Positions 26,370 through 32,000 of a stretch of 32,000 nucleotides of DNA are shown here, piece by piece (within the stretch, counting starts at the first letter, position 1; the number at the start of each line of letters is the position of its first letter). The DNA is from Fibrobacter succinogenes subsp. succinogenes S85 (GTDB lineage Bacteria; Fibrobacterota; Fibrobacteria; Fibrobacterales; Fibrobacteraceae), in contig NC_017448.1 in the NCBI RefSeq assembly GCF_000146505.1, positions 3,510,001 through 3,542,000 on the forward strand, given 5' to 3'. Made by a program: the position numbers and the translations under genes. The notes under the pieces are model-generated. The model was not told where the DNA came from. It was given only the letters and a program-made list of their open reading frames with translations, and made no database searches.

Positions 26370-26397
26370 AATATACAATACGGATTGATATATGCAA
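26370..26397 (-). promoter_or_regulatory. Sigma70-like promoter for the EndoU-like gene (TTGCAT - 16 nt - TATATT)
   Basis: On the minus strand, TTGCAT lies at 26397-26392 and TATATT at 26375-26370, about 18 nt before the ATG. Confidence 0.45.
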
Positions 26398-26462
26398 GAA
26401 TTGTCTTGACATAAAACCTCTTGCCGTATTTCGGCGGATGATGTTGTGCATCAAGACAAAGC

Positions 26463-26487
26463 CGTTAGTTGTTAACAAGAACTTGCT
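26463..26487 (-). promoter_or_regulatory. Second copy of the operator-like 25-mer (TAGTT-GTT-AACAA)
   Basis: CGTTAGTTGTTAACAAGAACTTGCT lies about 66 nt upstream of the -35 box of the EndoU-like gene. Confidence 0.4.
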
Positions 26488-26554
26488 GATGCTGTTTGCT
26501 TGGATGGCTGATGTTCGCTGTACAGCCGTTTATTTAGGGTATAGATAGCTACTA

Positions 26555-27085
26555 TTACACGATCCACCTCCCTTGGATTTTGCCGATTCTTGTTTTTGCG
26601 GCACCATAAGTGACACCGCATTTTTCTGAAATTTGAATGTAGTTCATCCCTTGAATTAGGTCATAATCCATGAGAAATTCTTCGGCAAAAGCATTTGCTT
26701 GCCATTCGGGATCTTCAAATGGTCTAAGCTTTTCCCCAGGAGCCAAACGGCAAAGAGCTACTCGGTTTGGTCCATGCAGAAGAAAATGCCCTATTTCATG
26801 CATAATTGTAAAACGGGCGCGTCCATCTCCGTGGCAAGCCGCAACATAGACATCCTGACGGATGATGATTTTATTGGCTCCTGAAAATGTCACGCCTTCT
26901 TCCGACATTGTGTAGTCGGCGACAATCTCCCATTCAAAATTAGGGAACAGCTTTTCCATAATCCATTCAAAAAACAAACATACAGGGATTTTGTGAATAT
27001 CCTCTAAGCCGCATTTTTTTCGTATGGCCTTGGCCAATTCACGAATTTCCTGCTTGGATATTGGCTTTGCCTTAAAGTTTGCCAT
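26555..27085 (-). CDS. ImmA/IrrE-family (COG2856, M78-like) zinc metallopeptidase
   Basis: It has the HEXXH motif in IMHEIGHFLLH and the downstream EWQANAFAEEFLM motif typical of the family. The AAGGAG SD and a TAATG overlap couple it to the XRE gene. Confidence 0.8.
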   Translation of the reverse strand: MANFKAKPISKQEIRELAKAIRKKCGLEDIHKIPVCLFFEWIMEKLFPNFEWEIVADYTMSEEGVTFSGANKIIIRQDVYVAACHGDGRARFTIMHEIGHFLLHGPNRVALCRLAPGEKLRPFEDPEWQANAFAEEFLMDYDLIQGMNYIQISEKCGVTYGAAKTRIGKIQGRWIV

Positions 27086-27444
27086 TATTTCTTCTCCTTG
27101 TTTAAAATACTTAGGATTCTGCTTATATCACTATCTGGTATAGAGTCCAATTTTCTGGCAAAAGCGATAGCAAGGTCTCTTTGGTTGGCCTGCAGGTCGT
27201 GCAATCCTATTTCGATTTCGTTATTAGAGTCGTAATAGGCGGCTTTCATCTTTTCGTTTTGTTCTTCAGATAGGCCATAGAGGGTCGCTATCTTGGAAAG
27301 CCATCCTTCGGGAATCTTTCTTTTCCCGTTCTCGACTCCAGAAAGGAATGCTGGAGATACGCTTAACTTGTCGGCCATATTAAGCAAAAGTTCTCCTATA
27401 TCCATCCTTAAGTTCCTCAAAAATTTTCCGAAAGATGTGACCAT
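27085..27444 (-). CDS. XRE-family helix-turn-helix transcriptional regulator
   Basis: FGKFLRNLRMDIGELLLNMADKLSVSPAFLSGVENGKRKIP is a canonical HTH_3 layout. An AAGGAGA SD is present. 119 aa. Confidence 0.85.
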   Translation of the reverse strand: MVTSFGKFLRNLRMDIGELLLNMADKLSVSPAFLSGVENGKRKIPEGWLSKIATLYGLSEEQNEKMKAAYYDSNNEIEIGLHDLQANQRDLAIAFARKLDSIPDSDISRILSILNKEKK

Positions 27445-27473
27445 TTTGTGTCTCCTTGAGTGGGTTTGCGAGT

Positions 27474-27502
27474 AATATACATTATTTTGGTTTACAAGTC
27501 AA
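27474..27502 (-). promoter_or_regulatory. Near-consensus sigma70-type promoter of the XRE-ImmA operon (TTGACT - 17 nt - TATATT)
   Basis: On the minus strand, TTGACT lies at 27502-27497 and TATATT at 27479-27474. The SD and the ATG at 27444 follow. Confidence 0.6.
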
Positions 27503-27508
27503 TAGATT

Positions 27509-27537
27509 TAGTTAAAGAAATTAACTTTTTTAGTTAA
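27509..27537. promoter_or_regulatory. Three helically phased half-sites (T)AGTTAA / TTAACT / AGTTAA at an 11-bp pitch: putative XRE operator
   Basis: AGTTAA lies at 27510-27515, TTAACT at 27521-27526 and AGTTAA at 27532-27537. Each adjacent pair forms an inverted repeat with a 5-nt spacer, immediately upstream of the -35 box. Confidence 0.5.
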
Positions 27538-27621
27538 TGCTGTGATTAGGGACATTTTCTCCGTTCTGGTCGAGCGCCATTGGATATTTTTGGAGATTAT
27601 GTTTCGCGTGGGGGTGTGGTT

Positions 27622-27930
27622 TTACGGATTCCAAGCGAATTTGAGAAAAAACATCCGTAATCTGTTGTTGCCGGACTATCAAAGTCCGGCAATTATCTAT
27701 ATTCACAGCATGGCTTTTTAGCTGCATCGGCGGTTGTGTGCCGGTCGGGTAACGGGCTACCAGTTTTTAGAGTTTTTGCTCTTATTCTCATTGATGAAAT
27801 CCGCTAAATTTCAAGTGTACGAGAATAAGGCGAACACTCACGTCCCTATGGGGCGTGGGTCGTTCGTGCTTGTAGTACACAGGGCTTTTAGCGGAGCCTC
27901 ATCAATTGCAAGTCGGATGATTCCACGCCT
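27622..27930 (+). other. Hairpin-dense non-coding segment (candidate structured RNA or regulatory leader) between the XRE gene and mod
   Basis: There are two perfect 8-bp stems: 27622-27629/27653-27660 and 27670-27677/27683-27690. A nested set follows: 27800-27808/27887-27895 (9 bp) encloses 27815-27820/27875-27880 (6 bp), which encloses a 16-bp hairpin at 27831-27866. That hairpin has two G-T pairs that are legal only in a plus-strand transcript. No convincing ORF is present. Confidence 0.35.
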
Positions 27931-28036
27931 TTTTTACATGCTCCTGTCACCCTGGAGCCGAAGGCGATAGGGTCCAGTCCTTCAAGAGGGTAAGGGTTAG
28001 AACTGAACCTTTAACCTTTTTGTACATGAGGCCCCC

Positions 28037-29599
28037 ATGCCCTCGCTGACCTGGATTGGCAAAGACGCTGTTTTGAATCACCACCTGGATGTCCCTTATC
28101 GGGTTCTGGAAAAGAAATACGATTTTGGCGACGGCGAGCCGGGTAACAAGATTATCCACGGCGATAATTTGGAAGCGCTCAAATCTCTGCTCCCTGAATA
28201 CGAAGGTCGCATCAAATGCATCTATATCGATCCACCGTACAATACCGGCAACGAGAACTGGGTCTATAACGACAATGTGAACAGCCCGAAAATCAAGAAG
28301 TGGTTAGGGCAAGTGGTAGGGAAGGAATCCGAGGACTTGACCCGTCACGACAAGTGGCTTTGCATGATGTACCCGCGCCTTAAGTTGTTGCAGAAATTGT
28401 TGAGCAACGACGGGGCGATTTTTATCAGCATCGATGATAACGAACAGGCGAATCTGAAGTTGGTTTGTGATGAGATATTTGGAGCAGGGAATTTTGTTGG
28501 TGATTTTATTTGGGAAAAGAAAAAAGTGGTTCAAAACGATTCAAAATTTTCATCAGTTAATCATGAATATGTTTTGTCATATAGAAAATCAGAACAATTA
28601 CAAGTATTCAATTTATTGCCACGAACAGAAGAAGCAAACGCAAGATATGCTAACCCGGACAATGACCCAAACGGACCTTGGACTAGTGTTGCCTTAACTG
28701 CCAAAAGTGGCTCCGCTGATAACATTTATGATTACACTTTTCCAAATGGAATTTATTGGAAACCGAATGAAGGAGCTTATCCCAGATTAAGTAAGGATTC
28801 ATTAATAAGGGCTTATGAAGAGAATAGACTGTGGTTTGGTAAAGATGGAAAAAATGTTCCTAGATTAAAAAAATACTTATCCGAAGTAAAACAAGGAATG
28901 GTTACAAATTCCATTTTGTATAACGAAATTGTTGGTTCAACGCAATTAGCAAAAGAACAACTAAAACGAACTTTGGGAAAAAATGTTTTTGATACTCCTA
29001 AATCAATCAAATTAATTGAGATGCTTCTTGTTTTAGCCACCGACAAATCCTCCATCATCCTCGATTCCTTCGCTGGTTCCGGCACCACAGCCCATGCTGT
29101 GCTGAATTTGAACAAACAAGATGGCGGCAACCGCAAGTTCATCCTTGTCGAAATGGAAGATTACGCCGAGACAATCACCGCCGAACGCGTCCGTCGAGTC
29201 ATCAATGGCTATGGCGAAGGCAAGAATGCCATTGAAGGCACCGGCGGTTCATTCGCCTACTATGAACTTGGCCCAGAACTTTTGAAAGATGGTTTCATCA
29301 ACGAAAACGTTCCGGAGCAGACCATCCGCGAATACCTCTATTACACCGAAACAAACCATGCATTGCCGCAAAGCAACAACGGGCATCCGGCTCATTTAGG
29401 GAACTTCGATGGCGTCGCCTATTATTTCCTTTACAACAAGGACGAAACAACGACGCTTGATGCGACTTTTCTTGCGTCAATTTCGGAGAAGGCCGACCGC
29501 TATGTCATCTATGCGGACAACTGCATCATGCCGCAGAAATTCCTTTTTGACCACGACATCACCTTCAAGAAAATCCCGCGTGATATCCGGAGGTTCTAA
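28037..29599 (+). CDS. mod: Type III restriction-modification DNA methyltransferase (Mod; beta-class N6-adenine/N4-cytosine MTase)
   Basis: Motif IV is IYIDPPYNTGNENWVYND, and it precedes motif I, LDSFAGSGTTAHAV. A central variable region lies between them. 520 aa, with a 1-nt TAATG overlap with res. Confidence 0.9.
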   Translation: MPSLTWIGKDAVLNHHLDVPYRVLEKKYDFGDGEPGNKIIHGDNLEALKSLLPEYEGRIKCIYIDPPYNTGNENWVYNDNVNSPKIKKWLGQVVGKESEDLTRHDKWLCMMYPRLKLLQKLLSNDGAIFISIDDNEQANLKLVCDEIFGAGNFVGDFIWEKKKVVQNDSKFSSVNHEYVLSYRKSEQLQVFNLLPRTEEANARYANPDNDPNGPWTSVALTAKSGSADNIYDYTFPNGIYWKPNEGAYPRLSKDSLIRAYEENRLWFGKDGKNVPRLKKYLSEVKQGMVTNSILYNEIVGSTQLAKEQLKRTLGKNVFDTPKSIKLIEMLLVLATDKSSIILDSFAGSGTTAHAVLNLNKQDGGNRKFILVEMEDYAETITAERVRRVINGYGEGKNAIEGTGGSFAYYELGPELLKDGFINENVPEQTIREYLYYTETNHALPQSNNGHPAHLGNFDGVAYYFLYNKDETTTLDATFLASISEKADRYVIYADNCIMPQKFLFDHDITFKKIPRDIRRF

Positions 29600-32000
29600 T
29601 GATTCTCAAGCAATACCAGAAAGACATCATCGAAGATTTGACCCGTTATCTGGAAATTCTCCAAAAGACAAAAAATATTTCGGAGAGCTTCAATGAATTC
29701 TGGCGGCTGCACCCGCGGACTCCGCTCACTCCGTTCCCCGGCGAAATCGTGGAACCCTACAAGAACAATGTTGCTGGCGTTCCTCATGTGTGTCTGAAGG
29801 TCCCGACCGCTGGTGGAAAAACATTCATTGCCGCCAATGCGCTCCGACCGATTTTCTCGATATTTCCGCAAGATCACGCAAAGACTGTCGTGTGGCTTGT
29901 TCCGTCCAATTCCATCCTTGAACAGACGATTCGCAACTTTTCAAACCCGGAACACCCATATCGCGAACAGTTGAATGCGGATTTCGGGAATCGCGTGGAA
30001 GTCTATGACAAGACTGCTCTTTTACAGGGTGCGGGATTCAACGCTTCGTCCGTAAAGGAAAACTTGTCCCTTTGCATTCTCAGTTTCGATAGCCTGCGGA
30101 GCCGCAACAAAGACAATCGCAATGCCTACAAGGAAAACGGCAACCTATTGTCTTTTGCGGAATCCGCTGATGAAGAAGTCTCCTTGATGTCGGTTTTCAA
30201 GCAACTTAATCCCGTAATCGTTGTAGATGAAAGCCATAACGCGGAAAGCGAATTGAGTGTCGATATGCTCAAGCAGTTGAACCCGAGTTTTATTCTGGAC
30301 TTGACGGCGACTCCGCGAAAAAACAGCAACATCATCAGCTTTACCAGTGCTTTTGAACTCAAAAAAGAAAGCATGGTCAAGTTGCCCGTGATTGTCTATA
30401 ACCACCAAAGCAAGGACGAAGTCGTAAATTCGGCGCTGGAACTTCGCACCCGCTTGGAGCGAGCCGCTTTTGACGCTCAAAATCAGGGCGGAGCGCCCAT
30501 TCGCCCCATTGTCCTATTCCAAGCGGAGCCCAAGACAAAAGAAGACAACGCCACTTTCGATAAAATCAAAGCGATGCTAATCGAAAAGGGAATCAAGGAA
30601 AGCGAAATTAAGATAAAAACCGCCGATAAAAACGAGTTGGCTGGTTTGGACTTGATGTCGCCGGATTGCGAAGTCCGTTACATCATTACGGTGAACGCTC
30701 TGAAAGAAGGCTGGGATTGCCCTTATGCGTACATCCTTGCTTCGCTTGCCGACAAGAACTCCGCTGTGGATGTGGAACAGATTCTCGGAAGAGTACTGCG
30801 GTTGCCTTATACGCGCAAAAATCCGAACCCGATGTTGAACATGAGTTATGTGCTTACGGCATCGAACAAGTTCTTGGATACCGTGCAGAATGTGGTGGAA
30901 GGTTTGAACCGCGCAGGCTTCAGCGGCAAGGACTACAGAATTGCGGATACGCAGGTGGTCAACGATTTGCCTAGTGAGGCTCCTGTCGCACCGTCGCCAG
31001 TCGATTTGTTGTCGCCGATTTCACCGGAAACTCAAGTTCCTTCGACAAGTGCCTTAGATGAAAACATATCGCCAGCAACAAGCTGGAATCCTGGGGCAAG
31101 TGTTTGTTCTGCAAGCCCTGCCGTGCAAGACATAGAACGCTTGGCAAGGCAAGAGAACGAAACGATGGAAAAGCAAATTCAGGAGAGCAAATCTACTGGA
31201 GCTGCCCCTACACCTGCAGATTTGGAGAAACAAGTGAAAAACGCCCACATCAAGGAAAACTTCATCGAAAGTGCAAGTGGAATTTGCCTGCCTAAATTCT
31301 TTATGAACATGGATGGCATTGAAAACGACTTGTTCGGTCTCTGTGAAATGGAATTTGAAAAGGACATGCTCCTGAAAAAATTCCCGCTTCGCACCTGCGA
31401 TACATCCATCAACTTCGACAACGTCGATGCGGAAATATACAAGGTCGATTTGGATGAAAGTTCCAAGGACAACACGCCGACCTTCTGCAAAGTGGGGAAG
31501 GATGTGCAGACAAGCCTTGCCCAATGGATTTTAAGTATCAAGGATGTTGAAAGTAAACGCAAGAAATGCGCCGAGATGCTAGTGGGGCTTGTCGGGAAAA
31601 TGTATCCCATTCCAGACCAGGAAATCAAGATATACATTGAACGAGTATTGGAATCGTTCGATGATGCTGCATTCAACCACATGCTGAACAACTCCACTCC
31701 ATACGCAGCAAAAATCAGAACAGCCATCCAGAATCATGCCGATACCTATGTGCGTGACGAGTTCCGCCGTGAACTAGATTCGGACAAGATTATCTTGAAG
31801 CCCTCCTATATGTTCAAAAAGCAGAAGCCATATTCTGCGAAAGGCAAGAGCATTGCTAAGAGCCTATACGAACCGGAAGAAGGTTTCAATGAATTCGAAG
31901 CCGAAGTCGTGAACGATATCGCCAATTTGGAAAATGTGGAATTCTGGACCCGCAACAAGGAACGCTCGGATTTCTGCATCAACGGGTTTATCAATCACTA
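29599..32000 (+). CDS. res: Type III restriction enzyme Res subunit (SF2 helicase plus C-terminal nuclease region), 3-prime end outside the window
   Basis: This ORF is not in the supplied track because it has no stop in the window. I translated it by hand and it is open from the ATG at 29599 (GGAGG SD) to 32000. Motifs seen: VPTAGGKT (I), VVDESHN (II), LDLTATP (III), LKEGWDCPYAY and QILGRVLRLP (VI). The sequence near the window end, FWTRNKERSDFCINGFINH, is typical of the segment leading into the nuclease motif. Confidence 0.85.
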   Translation, partial: MILKQYQKDIIEDLTRYLEILQKTKNISESFNEFWRLHPRTPLTPFPGEIVEPYKNNVAGVPHVCLKVPTAGGKTFIAANALRPIFSIFPQDHAKTVVWLVPSNSILEQTIRNFSNPEHPYREQLNADFGNRVEVYDKTALLQGAGFNASSVKENLSLCILSFDSLRSRNKDNRNAYKENGNLLSFAESADEEVSLMSVFKQLNPVIVVDESHNAESELSVDMLKQLNPSFILDLTATPRKNSNIISFTSAFELKKESMVKLPVIVYNHQSKDEVVNSALELRTRLERAAFDAQNQGGAPIRPIVLFQAEPKTKEDNATFDKIKAMLIEKGIKESEIKIKTADKNELAGLDLMSPDCEVRYIITVNALKEGWDCPYAYILASLADKNSAVDVEQILGRVLRLPYTRKNPNPMLNMSYVLTASNKFLDTVQNVVEGLNRAGFSGKDYRIADTQVVNDLPSEAPVAPSPVDLLSPISPETQVPSTSALDENISPATSWNPGASVCSASPAVQDIERLARQENETMEKQIQESKSTGAAPTPADLEKQVKNAHIKENFIESASGICLPKFFMNMDGIENDLFGLCEMEFEKDMLLKKFPLRTCDTSINFDNVDAEIYKVDLDESSKDNTPTFCKVGKDVQTSLAQWILSIKDVESKRKKCAEMLVGLVGKMYPIPDQEIKIYIERVLESFDDAAFNHMLNNSTPYAAKIRTAIQNHADTYVRDEFRRELDSDKIILKPSYMFKKQKPYSAKGKSIAKSLYEPEEGFNEFEAEVVNDIANLENVEFWTRNKERSDFCINGFINH

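Larger units (their letters stand above)
24676..32000. other. Candidate accessory/defence island (right end not in window; no integrase seen in the window)
   Basis: Gene content switches to XRE/ImmA, RNase-toxin-like, DUF4417-like and Type III R-M genes. The sequence is visibly AT-richer, and the 7-nt arrays present in nearly every core intergenic region are absent. Confidence 0.5.

Noticed and set aside
27530-27970. 65-aa minus-strand ORF (27530-27727) and 78-aa plus-strand ORF (27734-27970) in the XRE-mod spacer
   Set aside because: Neither has an SD. The second starts at a non-ATG codon. Both run through long perfect hairpins, and their composition is not protein-like. The region is treated as non-coding, and the 40-codon ORF at 27599 is kept only as a note.
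28037-32000. Phase-variable simple-sequence repeats in mod/res
   Set aside because: Only short homopolymers were seen (A6-A7, for example near 28520 and 28868). No tetra- or pentanucleotide repeat tracts like those of phasevarion mod genes are present.

Overview
The window looks like a Fibrobacter chromosome segment, probably from the F. succinogenes group. Three paralogous families named after that organism occur together: a TIGR02147-type tail, a FISUMP/TIGR02145 lipoprotein and a fibro-slime protein. Positions 1-24.6 kb look like core genome. They carry a PL1 pectate-lyase lipoprotein, glyA, a FISUMP lipoprotein, a 1200-aa fibro-slime protein, and a CE4 deacetylase with CBM6. They also carry a repeat protein translationally coupled to an orphan ABC ATPase, a TamB-like/Omp85 pair on the minus strand, a SurA/PpiD-like PPIase-TPR lipoprotein, ndk, and a b558-type succinate dehydrogenase/fumarate reductase operon (CAB). 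Intergenic regions in this part are full of strictly 7-nt-periodic low-complexity arrays. Many of these sit directly upstream of CTAAAA plus TATATT promoter-like boxes. The fibro-slime gene is bracketed by about 0.2-kb direct repeats, because a decayed 5-prime fragment of the CE4 gene lies upstream of it. From about 24.68 kb to the window end the character changes: the sequence is AT-richer by eye and has no heptamer arrays. This part reads as an accessory or defence-type island. It holds a minus-strand cassette of an XRE repressor, an ImmA/IrrE metalloprotease, a stand-alone EndoU-like RNase, a small acidic partner and a DUF4417-like protein. Next come a 0.59-kb hairpin-dense non-coding region and an intact Type III R-M (mod, plus a res that runs off the window). 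The cassette is my best candidate for an undescribed system. All family assignments come from motif recognition by eye. No searches were run.
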